In this document: piece after piece, positions 38,311-49,319 of the stretch
Layout of the letters: each line of letters begins with the position of its first letter
Numbering within the stretch: position 1 is the first letter of the stretch
Source: Candidatus Bathyarchaeota archaeon
GTDB taxonomy: Archaea > Thermoproteota > Bathyarchaeia > Bathyarchaeales > Bathycorpusculaceae
Length of the DNA: 64,000 nt
Direction of reading: 5' to 3'
NCBI GenBank assembly: GCA_963775465.1
Contig: CAVZIW010000013.1
Span: forward strand, 32,001-96,000
Position numbers and translations under genes: made by a program
Notes under the pieces: model-generated
Database searches by the model: none
Seen by the model: only the letters and a program-made list of their open reading frames with translations
What the model was told of the DNA's origin: nothing

Positions 38311-38448
38311 AATTCTTCTCTATACCAATTAGAATTAAAGCTATTATTCCTATTGCAAGCAAAAAGAGTTATTTCCACTTTAGTATGTCTTAATTGCTGT
38401 AAAAGGAAATTAAGTAAGTGATTGAGTATCTTCAATTGTGCTTTGCTG

Positions 38449-39063
38449 TTAAGGTACAATAGTTGCTGTAATGATTGTGACAGAATTGACTGGACTGCTC
38501 ATTTCGCCTGGCATGTTGGGGTTCTCAGTTACCGGAGCGTTAGCGATTGCGTCAACAACATCCATTCCGGCGATTACGTTCCCAAATACAGTGTAGGTTG
38601 AATCAAAGTTAGCATATTGTCCGTTGTCTGCAACATTTATGAAGAATTCACTGGTTGCGGAATTAGGTTGATTAGTTTTTGCCATTGCTATTGTGTATGG
38701 TAAGTTGCGGTTGTTGCTGCCTATCTCATCGTTTATAGTGGGTATGCTACCGCTGACTTGTCCGCCTTGAATCATGAATCCTGTCATGGTTCGATAGAAT
38801 GTTGTGCCGTCATATTTTCCTTCTTTAACTAGATTGATAAAGTTTTCAGAAGTGATGGGTTTATCGGTTCTTAAATCTATAGTTATGTCTCCTGCCGTAG
38901 TTTGAAGCAAAACTTTGGTAGGGGGAATTGTTGTTGGCACTTGATTGGCTAAAGAGAAGTAAACTCCGACGCTGATAACTAGGATAGCTATAACAGCTAT
39001 TGCAAGCCATACCCTGTTTTGCGACTTATGAGCTGTTACCTTGCGGTTCTTTTTGGGCGCCAT
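38449..39063 (-). CDS. Membrane-anchored cyclophilin paralog
   Basis: N-terminal TM, FYRTMTGFMIQGG, AMAKT..PNSATSEFFIN, YTVFG.V..GMDVV. Confidence 0.92.
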   Translation of the reverse strand: MAPKKNRKVTAHKSQNRVWLAIAVIAILVISVGVYFSLANQVPTTIPPTKVLLQTTAGDITIDLRTDKPITSENFINLVKEGKYDGTTFYRTMTGFMIQGGQVSGSIPTINDEIGSNNRNLPYTIAMAKTNQPNSATSEFFINVADNGQYANFDSTYTVFGNVIAGMDVVDAIANAPVTENPNMPGEMSSPVNSVTIITATIVP

Positions 39064-39193
39064 GTCTTGGTAGTCAACAACTCTTCATATAAATTTTCCC
39101 CATTGAGAGCTCAAAATAATCTTTTGCGAAGTCAAATATTAAAAACCAATCTTGAGAACACACGAGTTTGTATGTTAAGTAAAAATTGAAGGG

Positions 39194-40468
39194 TTAACTG
39201 TTTTGGGTTTTTATTTGGGCTATGCTACCATTGTCTGCCCAAACTTCAACCATAATAGCGTCTATTCCACCTGGATAAACCTTGTCAAGAGCAAATGTCA
39301 CAGTATATTGAGGATACAGTTCTAAAGAATTTTTAGTGTTGGGATGAAAAATCACGGTTGGCTGCCCGACCACTTGAAAGTCCGAGACTGTGGTACCTTC
39401 TGCTGTCCAACTGTAGCTGTTAAGGGCGTTTCTTGCCAACGTAACCACACGGTCACTTGAAATGTTGACTTCGGTGCTTCCAACGGAGAAGAGGAAATAA
39501 CCGTCAATCATGTCCACCAAGTCGCCGTCTCTAAAAACTAAGCTTAGACTTTTGGGCGAAAAATCAACGTTGTTCTCCGTGTACATTATTACTATTTTTG
39601 GAGATTCGCCCTGTGATGCAGTTAATTTCAAGTTGCCCTCCTTGATTTCGATATCTTGAGTTGAACTGCTAACCAGCGACAAAAGACTACTCATGTTCCC
39701 CAGATAGACAGTGCTCTCGTAAGCTGCAAGCCTCTCCAGCAGCCCTTTGGAACTGTCCACAGCGCTGGAAGGTTGTGGCTGGGAATATACTGGTGCTCCT
39801 TCCTGAATTAAGATTTGATATCTTGAGAATTGATTGTTACGGAATCTTAGGCTAACGTATAACTTGCTATCGCTGCTTGAAAGATCATAAGTCATAATCT
39901 GTTGAAGGGTTCCACCTAAATCGGTGCGCTGCTCAAAGTTATTGCTTAGCAAAGTGGCTTGGTAGTGGCTAGTGTCGATTTGGACGACGTTTTGCAAGAA
40001 ATTAATGGCATTATTAGTAGAACTGCTCCAAGACAACAGTTGATTGTACTTCGAAAGCAGGCTATCACGCTCACCTGACGTTTGGTTAAGTAGACTGCCT
40101 TGCAAGACAGCAACGCTTGCCGTGACAACCAACCCAATTAGCAGGACGCCCAGCAACGTTTTCCACTTCAATGTCAAGCCAATCCTCCTCCGCGGCTGCA
40201 CTTCCGGAGCTTCCTCCACGACCCTCATGGTATTCACAGAAGCAAAACCAAATGTAGAAAGCTTGTATAAACCATTATCATCTTTAGTAACCAGCTCGCC
40301 GAGGCTGTCAAGGTGGTAAGTCAAGTTAGAGCTTGAAACACCCAAGATCTCAAGCATCTCCGAGAAAGTTAGAGGTTTTTCGGATAGGATACGAAGGATT
40401 TTGCGGCGGGCAGGGTGCTTAAGTGAACTAAACATGACTGAGTAGATTTCTTCCCTGCTTTCTGGCAT
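39194..40468 (-). CDS. ArsR wHTH - TM - extracytoplasmic domain regulator
   Basis: LKHPARRKIL..L...LTFSE...VSSSNLTYHL, single TM, about 290-aa outer domain. Confidence 0.85.
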   Translation of the reverse strand: MPESREEIYSVMFSSLKHPARRKILRILSEKPLTFSEMLEILGVSSSNLTYHLDSLGELVTKDDNGLYKLSTFGFASVNTMRVVEEAPEVQPRRRIGLTLKWKTLLGVLLIGLVVTASVAVLQGSLLNQTSGERDSLLSKYNQLLSWSSSTNNAINFLQNVVQIDTSHYQATLLSNNFEQRTDLGGTLQQIMTYDLSSSDSKLYVSLRFRNNQFSRYQILIQEGAPVYSQPQPSSAVDSSKGLLERLAAYESTVYLGNMSSLLSLVSSSTQDIEIKEGNLKLTASQGESPKIVIMYTENNVDFSPKSLSLVFRDGDLVDMIDGYFLFSVGSTEVNISSDRVVTLARNALNSYSWTAEGTTVSDFQVVGQPTVIFHPNTKNSLELYPQYTVTFALDKVYPGGIDAIMVEVWADNGSIAQIKTQNS

Positions 40469-40891
40469 GCTTTCCCGCTGCTAAACGACCTATTTCTTCT
40501 TTGAGCCATTAAAACTTTGCCAAAAAACCAGCTAAATTACAGCAATCACGATTTTGAAGAATCGGAAATTAGAGGCAAAATCTGTGGATGACCGCAACTA
40601 CGTAATGGATGTTCTCTCGTTTCTCTTCATAGTCTACATTTCATAGCTGTATTTCTAGGTCAAATAGCCCAATGCTTTTGCAAACAGACGGCCGAAGCTT
40701 ATGCTTTTGCAATCCACTTCATTATTATAAAAAAAGAGAGCAAATTTGCATTTAGTCAACAAAAATAGACTAAAAATTCCAGTTTTGTTCACAAATCCTT
40801 ACAAAAAACCTTTTCAACCCAAAAAATTAAGGAAAATATCAGTTTAAGGAGAGGAAGAATAACGAATCTTCGACTAAAAAATCATAGAAAC

Positions 40892-41854
40892 TTGGGGTTT
40901 GGAACTCTGCGTTCTTGGCAAACTAAGTTGTTTAGCGCAGCATTGTTAGCGGCATTACTTTTAGCATTAGCCTCCGTCACGTCTGGGCGATCTGAAACAT
41001 ACAAGTTCATTGACAAATGGGGAATCCAAGGCAACGGTGAAGGTCAATTCGACCACCCCTATGACGTTGCACTCGACAACTCTGAGTGCATCCTATATAT
41101 CACCGACACATACAACCACCGCGTCGAGAAATTCACGACCGACGGCAAATATCTCTCGTCATGGGGCAGCTACGGTACCGGCAATGGGCAATTCAATTAC
41201 AGCATGGGCTTAACCATCGACACTCAAGACAACGTCTACGTAGCTGACACCTGCAATAACCGAATACAGAAATTCACCTCAGAAGGAGAATTCCTTGACA
41301 CCTTTGGCAGCACCGGCGCGGAAGAAGGACAGTTTCTCTGGCCCTACGACGTAGCAATTGACAGTGAAGGAAACATCTATGTTGCAGACTCAGGAAATTG
41401 CCGCATACAAAAGTTTACAAGTGCAGGCGTTTTCATCTGCAGTTGGGGTAGCAAGGGCAACCTTGAAGGAGAGCTAATGTATCCGCATGGAATAGACCTC
41501 GACGCAGCAGGCAACGTTTACGTCGGCGACTACCTTAACCACCGAATCGTCAAGTTCACTGACGACGGAACCTTCATTACGCAGTGGGGCAGCTGCGGAA
41601 CAGGTAACGGGCAACTCAGCACCACTAAAGGCGTCTTTGTCGACAGCGAAGGCAACGTATATGTGGCTGACTATTGGAACTGCCGCATACAAAAATTTAG
41701 TGGGGATGGCGCCTTCATCGGAACTTGGGGGACAAGGGGCAACGGAGACGGCCAGTTCAACACGCCTAAAGGTGTAGTAGTGGACGACGAAGGCTATATC
41801 TACATAGCTGACACTTCGAATAGCCGATTGCAGAAGTTCCAAGTACAATCTTAG
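40892..41854 (+). CDS. Secreted NHL-repeat six-bladed beta-propeller
   Basis: Six repeats of G.F..P..VA.D..G.IYVAD..N.RIQKF; signal peptide. Confidence 0.92.
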   Translation: MGFGTLRSWQTKLFSAALLAALLLALASVTSGRSETYKFIDKWGIQGNGEGQFDHPYDVALDNSECILYITDTYNHRVEKFTTDGKYLSSWGSYGTGNGQFNYSMGLTIDTQDNVYVADTCNNRIQKFTSEGEFLDTFGSTGAEEGQFLWPYDVAIDSEGNIYVADSGNCRIQKFTSAGVFICSWGSKGNLEGELMYPHGIDLDAAGNVYVGDYLNHRIVKFTDDGTFITQWGSCGTGNGQLSTTKGVFVDSEGNVYVADYWNCRIQKFSGDGAFIGTWGTRGNGDGQFNTPKGVVVDDEGYIYIADTSNSRLQKFQVQS

Positions 41855-41913
41855 AGTTAAAGAAATCGAATCCCAAAACTGCTTCCCCTTTTTTAGTCTA
41901 AACAGAAAAATCG

Positions 41914-42558
41914 GTGAAAAACGTGAAGATAAAAATCCAAGTCGTCATCAGTTTTATACTGGTTCTGTCCTTGCTTGCTAGTCCAAGCGCCATATCCATG
42001 CAAACCTGGACTGCTGGAGTAAGAAGTGGTGACTACTTCACCTACGAAATGTATGGAGTCTATACATCTAACCGTCAAAACATAGAAATAGCCATCCCCG
42101 AATTGGAAAAAAACACTACTCTTTGGACGAAAATTAAAATAACCGCCGCTTTAGGATCAACCATCCACCAAGTCTATACATTATGCTATTCCGTTGGAGG
42201 TGAATTCTCTTTTGAGTTCCAAACTGATGTTAATCCACAAAATCAAAACACTTTCAAAATCGCTGATAAAGGCGTTCCGATATGCGCAGCTAACTTAAAA
42301 AGCGGTGACAAAGTTCCAACAGCAGAACTACTACTGAACGAAACCATAAACAGAGCTTACTATAGTGGGGTGAGGGAGACTAACCAAGCATCTTGGAACG
42401 TAAGCGACGATTGGGGATGCATCTACTTTGATCGCGAAACAGGTATGTTGGTGGAGCTTCAGAGAACACATGTTTTTGCCAACCCAGATTCAGGTGACGT
42501 TATCGAAAAGACCGATATTATAAAATTAATAGATACTAATCGCTGGCAAATCGTTTGA
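41914..42558 (+). CDS. Secreted hypothetical protein
   Basis: Signal peptide, GVRSGDYFTY, YFDRETGMLVE. Confidence 0.8.
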   Translation: MKNVKIKIQVVISFILVLSLLASPSAISMQTWTAGVRSGDYFTYEMYGVYTSNRQNIEIAIPELEKNTTLWTKIKITAALGSTIHQVYTLCYSVGGEFSFEFQTDVNPQNQNTFKIADKGVPICAANLKSGDKVPTAELLLNETINRAYYSGVRETNQASWNVSDDWGCIYFDRETGMLVELQRTHVFANPDSGDVIEKTDIIKLIDTNRWQIV

Positions 42559-42635
42559 ATCTTTGTGAAGTGATTCGTTTGAGAGCAAATCAGAAATAAA
42601 CGCGATCTCAATTATGTACTGGTAGGTTAAAGTTT

Positions 42636-44183
42636 ATGACTGACGTTGTGTTCGTGTTTGAGGTTCACCAGCCACATCGGCTAAGGCGAAGTCTATTTTG
42701 GGAAGGCAAAGTCTTCCGAAGATTAACTAAAAATGACTTATTCAATTATTACTTTAACAACGAAATAGATCGAGAAATCTTCAAACGAGCAGCACGAAAA
42801 TGCTACTTTCCTTCAAACCAAATAATCCTCGACGTCATCGACCGCCACAAACATGAACGAAAAAAGCCAAAATTCTCCTTTAGCCTATCAGGGGTTTTTC
42901 TTGAACAATGCGAAATGTTCGAAAAAGACTTAATTGAAAGTTTCCGGCAACTCGCGGATTCCGGATGCACCGAATTCTTAAATCAAACTTATTATCACTC
43001 CATAGCTAGCCTCTATGCTGAAAAAGAAGAATTTATAGCACAAGTAAAGATGCACAAACAAATCATCAAAGACCTTTTGGATTACACTCCACGCGTTTTC
43101 GAAAACACCGAACTTCTCTACAACAACACAATTGCCAAAACGGTCGAAAGCATAGGATACAAGGGTATCTATACAGAGGGCGTGGAGAAAATTCTAGGTG
43201 AAAAATCACCAAACTACATCTACACCCCCAAGGACGCAGAAAAAATTCGAGTTTTGCTGAGAAACTACAAGTTAACTGATGACATCGGTTTCCGCTTTTC
43301 TGCACGATGGTGGCCTGAGTGGCCTCTAACTGCAAGCAAATACGCGAAATGGCTTGCCGAAACCAAAGGAGAAGTAATCAATATCTTCCCAGACTATGAA
43401 ACATTTGGTGAACATCATTGGCCTGAAACAGGGATTCATAGTTTTCTACAGCATCTACCTAATGAGATTTTAAGGTTTAACAATCTTCAGATGGCTACAC
43501 CTTCTGAAGTAGTCGACAAACATGCATCGGGAGGAGAAATTGATGTGCCTGAAGCAGAAGGCACAGTTTCTTGGGCTGATATTCAACGCGATCAATCTGG
43601 TTGGCTTGGCAATGTGATGCAGTGGGCATATTACACAACTCTGCGGCGACTGGAACCGTTAATCAAAGAAGCAGAAGATGAGGAGTTTTTGAGGCTGTGG
43701 CGTGACTTCCAGACCAGCGACCACCTCTATTACATGTTCACGGCAGGCGGTGGACCGGGAGAAGTTCACTCCTATTTTAGCCCCTTCGAATCACCCATGG
43801 ACGCCTTTGTGGCAGCGCAGACACTTCTTAATGATTTTGAAGCCAGACTACGCATTTCAATCTTAACTGCTAATGAGCCTTTTTTGTTCTATACTGGTGT
43901 TGGAAAAGAGTGCTATACAGGTCAGATGGCTTGGAGTCTAAAAGGGTTCGCCAAAACACTAGAAAAGATAGACTTGAAGGCTGTGGAGTTCCATTTAGGC
44001 AACGGTGATTTTGAAAGCTGGGCAAAATGTTCCCTAAAAGACACGAAATTAGCGTTAAAGCTCGGAAAAATTAAGGCATCGATAGAAAAAGGCGAAAAAA
44101 TTCGAACTACAATAATTGATACTGCAAATAAACGGTATAATGAATTAAGAAAACAAACACTGGAGGCAACTCAACTTTTCTGA
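42636..44183 (+). CDS. GH57 alpha-amylase family with C-terminal DUF5752-like domain
   Basis: FEVHQP, NTEL, DYETFGEH, QTSDHLYYM; C-terminal EPFLFY...FH...GDFESW. Confidence 0.9.
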   Translation: MTDVVFVFEVHQPHRLRRSLFWEGKVFRRLTKNDLFNYYFNNEIDREIFKRAARKCYFPSNQIILDVIDRHKHERKKPKFSFSLSGVFLEQCEMFEKDLIESFRQLADSGCTEFLNQTYYHSIASLYAEKEEFIAQVKMHKQIIKDLLDYTPRVFENTELLYNNTIAKTVESIGYKGIYTEGVEKILGEKSPNYIYTPKDAEKIRVLLRNYKLTDDIGFRFSARWWPEWPLTASKYAKWLAETKGEVINIFPDYETFGEHHWPETGIHSFLQHLPNEILRFNNLQMATPSEVVDKHASGGEIDVPEAEGTVSWADIQRDQSGWLGNVMQWAYYTTLRRLEPLIKEAEDEEFLRLWRDFQTSDHLYYMFTAGGGPGEVHSYFSPFESPMDAFVAAQTLLNDFEARLRISILTANEPFLFYTGVGKECYTGQMAWSLKGFAKTLEKIDLKAVEFHLGNGDFESWAKCSLKDTKLALKLGKIKASIEKGEKIRTTIIDTANKRYNELRKQTLEATQLF

Positions 44184-44248
44184 GTTTTTAGCCACGTATG
44201 CGTTTATAAGATTAGTTGAGGTACTCCTTGGTGATATGGTGGGTTGTT

Positions 44249-44500
44249 ATGAGAGAAGAGCTACCGTTTCCAGATAAAGTTTTGCAAACATTGCATAACT
44301 TGTGCGCTACAGCCCCCGATTTAGCAAGAAAAGGGGAGGAAGTGGCGAGGCTTTTGCAGAAAGACCCAAACGAAATCGAAGGCATATTAGACAAGTATAA
44401 AAATGAAGGGTTCGCTGAAGGCTTCTTTGACAATGAAGGAAAGAAACGATACTATCTTAACGGTAGAGGCATAATTAAGGTCTGCTCGCTCTTCACGTAG
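44249..44500 (+). CDS. Small winged-helix-like protein
   Basis: 83 aa, ends GKKRYYLNGRGI; lies inside the GH57-GT4 gene string. Confidence 0.7.
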   Translation: MREELPFPDKVLQTLHNLCATAPDLARKGEEVARLLQKDPNEIEGILDKYKNEGFAEGFFDNEGKKRYYLNGRGIIKVCSLFT

Positions 44501-44507
44501 TGGAAAT

Positions 44508-45137
44508 ATGCATGTCATAATTTTTTCTTGGGAATACCCGCCTAGAGTGGTTGGGCAACTCTCCATTTATGTGAGTAAACTATCAGCTCAACTTGTAAGC
44601 AACAAATTAGACGTTGACGTTGTAACATACGATGATACAATCAAGGGGCAATCTAAAGAACCCACAGGCGTTAAGACCTTCAGAGTAACCAACCCGGTAA
44701 AAACCCACATCGGAGTTTTAACATGGGTACTTACATTAAATCAAGAAGTTGAACGCGCCGCAGCAAGCATTTATTACGATTCACAGAAACAAATCGATCT
44801 GATTGATGTTTTCGACTGGCATTTTATCCCTGCTGCTGTTACACTCAAAAATGGTTTGAAGCTACCTTTTGTTTATTCTGTTGAGAGCATTGAAGATCAT
44901 CGTTCTCCGAATTCAAATACTTCTTACAACATGGCCATCAAAAGTATCGAATGGCTGGGTTTCTACGAAGCAAGCAAAGTCAATGTCAAATCAGAATGGA
45001 TGAAAGATGAAGTCATTCGGATCTACAATGTCCCCGAAGAAAAAATAACTGTCGTATCTCCAAACTCTAACTACTGGATAAAAGGGATTCTTAAGATTTA
45101 CAGGGAAATGGCGGATGAAAAGCAAAATGAAAGATAA
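44508..45137 (+). CDS. GT4 N-terminal-domain-only protein
   Basis: WEYPPRVVG; collinear with the N-half of the next gene; lacks the donor-binding domain. Confidence 0.8.
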   Translation: MHVIIFSWEYPPRVVGQLSIYVSKLSAQLVSNKLDVDVVTYDDTIKGQSKEPTGVKTFRVTNPVKTHIGVLTWVLTLNQEVERAAASIYYDSQKQIDLIDVFDWHFIPAAVTLKNGLKLPFVYSVESIEDHRSPNSNTSYNMAIKSIEWLGFYEASKVNVKSEWMKDEVIRIYNVPEEKITVVSPNSNYWIKGILKIYREMADEKQNER

Positions 45138-46329
45138 ACTAAGTGTAATGATGCTAACTTGGGAGTATCCGCCAAGAGTGATCGGGGGAATCTCACCTCA
45201 CATTTACTTTTTGTCTAAACATTTAGTTAAACAAGATGTCAAGGTCTATGTTGTAACCTGCGATTTCCCTGGAGCTCCAACCCACGAAGTCATTGACGGC
45301 GTAGAGGTCTATCGAATAGATTCCTACAAGAATCCATCACCCGATTTTGCCACATGGGTCTACTTAATGAATATGAACATGCAAAAAGAAACTGCAGCGA
45401 TTACCAGAAAACTATCTGATGAAATTGACGTTTTCCATGCACATGATTGGCTCGTCGCAAATGCAGGCATAGGGCTAAAGCATATTTTTAGAAAACCGCT
45501 TTTGGTTACTATGCATTCAACCGAAATGGGTAGACGAGACGGCTTACACACTACCACAGAAAAAATGATTCATGAAACCGAAGCGTGGCTAACATACGAG
45601 GCGTGGAAAGTTATCTGCTGCAGCGACTATATGATTGGACACGTTAGGTACGCTTTCGGTTTACCCAACGACAAACTGGTCATGGTTCCAAATGGCGTAA
45701 ACATACACAATTACGAAGTGCCATTCGACTTCAGGGATTTCCGAAAAAAGTTTGCTTTGCCTGAAGAAAAAATCGTGCTTTTTGTCGGGCGTTTAGTCTA
45801 CGAGAAAGGCATTCACGTCTTAATCAACGCTGTCCCGAAAATTCTAAGCAAAGTAAACGCTAAATTCATAATCGTCGGCAGCGGCTATATGAAAGAACAA
45901 CTCTTAAACATCGTTCGAAGCATGGGTTTAGAACACAAAGTGCTATTCCAAGGTTTCCTAGATGAAGCATCTTTGCTTAAGTTACAAAGAATCGCAGACG
46001 TATCAGTAGTGCCTTCACTCTTTGAACCCTTCGGCATCGTTGCGTTGGAAGCCATGGCAGCTCAAAGCCCAGTTGTCGCATCTGACACAGGTGGCTTATC
46101 AGAGATTATCGAACATGATGCAACAGGAATCAAAGTGTACCCAAATAACCCTGATTCACTTGCTTGGGGCATAACCAAGGTATTATTGGATGAAAACTTC
46201 GCAAAGCAGTTAAGAGATAATGCATACAAGCGGGTTCAAGAGAAGTACGATTGGGCAACGATTGCTCAACAAACAAAACGAATATATCAAGACGTCATAA
46301 AAGAGTATTCTAAGAGCTTCTGGGCCTAA
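45115..46329 (+). CDS. GT4 glycosyltransferase (glucan/glycogen synthase-like)
   Basis: WEYPPRVIGG, HAHDW, FVGRLVYEKG, EPFGIVALEA. Confidence 0.92.
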   Translation: MKSKMKDKLSVMMLTWEYPPRVIGGISPHIYFLSKHLVKQDVKVYVVTCDFPGAPTHEVIDGVEVYRIDSYKNPSPDFATWVYLMNMNMQKETAAITRKLSDEIDVFHAHDWLVANAGIGLKHIFRKPLLVTMHSTEMGRRDGLHTTTEKMIHETEAWLTYEAWKVICCSDYMIGHVRYAFGLPNDKLVMVPNGVNIHNYEVPFDFRDFRKKFALPEEKIVLFVGRLVYEKGIHVLINAVPKILSKVNAKFIIVGSGYMKEQLLNIVRSMGLEHKVLFQGFLDEASLLKLQRIADVSVVPSLFEPFGIVALEAMAAQSPVVASDTGGLSEIIEHDATGIKVYPNNPDSLAWGITKVLLDENFAKQLRDNAYKRVQEKYDWATIAQQTKRIYQDVIKEYSKSFWA

Positions 46330-46498
46330 AAGATGCGTCAGTCAATCTGCAATTCAAAAAAAATTGGTAATGCTTCAATAACCAATCAGTCCATAACTTT
46401 TTGATGCTTACTCAACACAGCAGATGTAACCAGCCCAAGCGTTATACAAAAATGCTTTAGCAACCGGATATTTTCAATAAAATGAGAAAAAAGAGAAC

Positions 46499-47869
46499 TT
46501 ATTTTCCAACAATCCGAACATTTTCAACCATAATCCAAGGTGCAATCAAAGAACCCATCTGCCGCTCATTACACCCAACGACATTAACGTTTTTTAGTAA
46601 TTCAAAAACGTTGCCAGCTAACATCACACCGCGTAAACAATGAGTTATTTCGCCCTTCTCTATTTTCCAAGCGGGAGTAGCGACAACCGAGAAGTCTCCA
46701 CTAACAGGATTACTACTATGAGCGCCCTGGAGAAAATAGACAATTAAACCATCATCCACTTCCCGAAGCATTTCATCAGAAGTTTTGTTACCAGGTATGA
46801 CGTGAAAATTAGTCGTATCTGTACTAGGAGTTGAAAGGTATCCTGCTCTCGAAGCGTTTCCAGTGCTTTCTTTGCTATCCTTTTTCGCAGAATAATTATC
46901 GTACAAAAAGTTGCGTAACACACCCTTCTCTATTACAGGTGTCTTCTGATGTGGAACCCCTTCGCCGTCAAAAATTGAAGTGCGCAATCCACTTTCGAAT
47001 AAACCATCGTCATAAATAGTAAGGTTCTCTGAGGCGACTTTTTCTCCGATTTTATCCTTGAAAGGTGATTGCCCTCTCTGCACATTATCTGCTTTTATAG
47101 CGTTAATTAACGTGTAACCTAAAAGTTCCTGCAGCGCAAACTGAGTAAAAATAACCTTAGCAGACTTGGTTTCAACCGACTTGGTTTTTATGGCTGAAGC
47201 AGCCAATTTTGCAGCTTCCCTTCCAACCCATTCTGGATCCAAGGTGTACTCTCTTGAAGCATTAAACTCGAAACAAACTGGCGTCACTGAGCGGTTCTCT
47301 TTGCCTAAAGTTGCAACACTGCATTCAATGATTGTGCCTTTATCGAAACCTGAGATACCACTTGAGTTAGCGATGGCACCTGAAATATAACCACCACCTA
47401 CTCCGCCTTCGACTGGAAAAACCCGCTTATCAACTTCTCCGGCAGCATCTAGCATAGCTGAAGCAATGTTGACTATGTCCTCAGAGTTGAGGTCAACAAT
47501 TTTTTGGTCAAAGGTTCGCTTGGTTTCGGGATATAATTTCTCTTGAGGAAGCCCTCTCCAGTCATCGTCAGGTTTACTGGCACGTGCTGCGCTTAAAGCC
47601 TTCTCTGCGACCTTTTCCACAGCTAGTGGATCGTCTATAATGTTGGTGTATGCAAACCCAATTGTCTTGTTTACAATCACTCTTATGCCTAAGCCACGAT
47701 CAATTATCCGGTTTGTTTTGCTTATTTGCCCAAGTTCGATTCCTACGTTGGTTGCTTGCCCCTCGTATACATAAGCTTCCGCTTCTTGTGCACCCTTCTT
47801 CAATGCAGCTTTAACGGCGTTTTCCGCCAGTTGCATCATAATGTTATCTTCAAGCACTGCCACCAACAA
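46499..47869 (-). CDS. pmbA: TldE/PmbA protein
   Basis: GLGIRV, FDGEGVP, STGNA.R, SGDFS; no HExxH. Confidence 0.88.
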   Translation of the reverse strand: MLVAVLEDNIMMQLAENAVKAALKKGAQEAEAYVYEGQATNVGIELGQISKTNRIIDRGLGIRVIVNKTIGFAYTNIIDDPLAVEKVAEKALSAARASKPDDDWRGLPQEKLYPETKRTFDQKIVDLNSEDIVNIASAMLDAAGEVDKRVFPVEGGVGGGYISGAIANSSGISGFDKGTIIECSVATLGKENRSVTPVCFEFNASREYTLDPEWVGREAAKLAASAIKTKSVETKSAKVIFTQFALQELLGYTLINAIKADNVQRGQSPFKDKIGEKVASENLTIYDDGLFESGLRTSIFDGEGVPHQKTPVIEKGVLRNFLYDNYSAKKDSKESTGNASRAGYLSTPSTDTTNFHVIPGNKTSDEMLREVDDGLIVYFLQGAHSSNPVSGDFSVVATPAWKIEKGEITHCLRGVMLAGNVFELLKNVNVVGCNERQMGSLIAPWIMVENVRIVGK

Positions 47870-49235
47870 CCACCTCGTTAACTCTTATGTGCGGTCCGCC
47901 ATCACAAATAAATGCTATCTGGCCTTTTCCGCATCGTCCTGGATCTAGCATGAAATCTTTGCCCACGGCATCTACTTTATGCAATGTTTCCAGAGCATTA
48001 CCGCTAATTGAAGCATTACGCACAGGAACACCGATTTCGCCGTTATGGATTTCGTAACCTTCTTGGATACCAACTTGGAAGGTCCCATCAAGGTTCGCTT
48101 GACCACCCCTAAAACTTTTAAAAAAGTATCCAGTCTTCACATCTTCAATTAATTCTTCAAAGGTTTGGTCTCGAGGCGCCATGTACGTGCATCTCATTCT
48201 AATGATAGGTTCCACACGAAAATCCTCTGCCCTTGCGTTACCTGTTGGCTCTACTTCAAACTTATGTGCTGTCTCACGGCTATGCATAAGCCCTGAAACA
48301 ACACCGTCTTTAATAAGCTGGGTTTTTTGGCTTGGAACTCCTTCATCGTCATACTTGAATGCGCCAAATGTACCCTTGATTGTGCCATCATCATAAAACG
48401 TTACTAAATCCGAGCCGATTTTTCTTCCAAGGTTACTTGCTAATACCCCTCCTGAAAGCGCTAAATCGGCCTCCGCTAAATGCCCGAATGCTTCATGGAC
48501 AAATACGCCGACCACATTGGGTCCCAGCACCACTGGAAATTTGCCACCCCTGGGGGATACAGCACTCAATTGTTGAATGGCACGTTTTGCTACTTTCTTC
48601 CCTAACATTTCAGGAAGCTGGTTGTCAAAAAGCTCGTAACCTGCTGTGGAACCGATTTCTTCTCGGCTGAAAGTGAAGGTGCCATTTGCCACAGCAGAGG
48701 CGGTGATTCTCGCCCAAACACACAATTTATCCTGCTCGATACAGGTGCCTTCACTGTTCATAAAAAAGGACGTGCCAGTCAAATCATAATAATCAATTGA
48801 ACAACTCTTGATTCGGGAATCAAAATGTAAAGCGTTCTCATTTACTGTCAGCGCTGTTTTTACTTTCTCTTCCATCTGAACATTAGCAGGATTCTTTTTA
48901 GATTTAGACACTACTTTGTCTTCAATAGCATTAGTTGCCGCCAACTTGATGGGTTTTTTTAGCCGTACACTCGCCGTCTTTGCCATCTTACAAGCGTCGG
49001 AAACTGCAGCTGCCAAAATCGCGATATCAAAGGAGCCGACTGACGCAAAACCCCATGCACCATTAACCAGAACTCGAATAGCCACGCCATTCTCTATACC
49101 TTGTTTCGCTGCTTCTACGCGTTCCTCTTTTAAAGCAAGCATTGTCTTGTTAAGTTTTTGTGCTCGAGCTTCAGCGTAATGAGCTCCATATTTCTGTGTA
49201 GCTAAGTTGTTGATCTTTGTCAAAAGGTCTTTCAA
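47850..49235 (-). CDS. tldD: TldD metalloprotease
   Basis: [30 protein letters not shown]. Confidence 0.92.
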   Translation of the reverse strand: MKDLLTKINNLATQKYGAHYAEARAQKLNKTMLALKEERVEAAKQGIENGVAIRVLVNGAWGFASVGSFDIAILAAAVSDACKMAKTASVRLKKPIKLAATNAIEDKVVSKSKKNPANVQMEEKVKTALTVNENALHFDSRIKSCSIDYYDLTGTSFFMNSEGTCIEQDKLCVWARITASAVANGTFTFSREEIGSTAGYELFDNQLPEMLGKKVAKRAIQQLSAVSPRGGKFPVVLGPNVVGVFVHEAFGHLAEADLALSGGVLASNLGRKIGSDLVTFYDDGTIKGTFGAFKYDDEGVPSQKTQLIKDGVVSGLMHSRETAHKFEVEPTGNARAEDFRVEPIIRMRCTYMAPRDQTFEELIEDVKTGYFFKSFRGGQANLDGTFQVGIQEGYEIHNGEIGVPVRNASISGNALETLHKVDAVGKDFMLDPGRCGKGQIAFICDGGPHIRVNEVVVGGSA

Positions 49236-49319
49236 AGCGAAATCTATCCTTTAAAGAGTTAGACTTGTTTGGGATAATTAAAACAATTTGTTTTCTACAG
49301 ATGGAAAATCTACATTTTT

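Noticed and set aside
40990-41840. Periodic DNA similarity of about 140 nt
   Set aside because: NHL protein repeats, not CRISPR or a non-coding array
46499-49235. tldD/E as part of a RiPP cluster
   Set aside because: No precursor peptide, YcaO or modifying enzymes adjacent; the pair is common housekeeping in archaea
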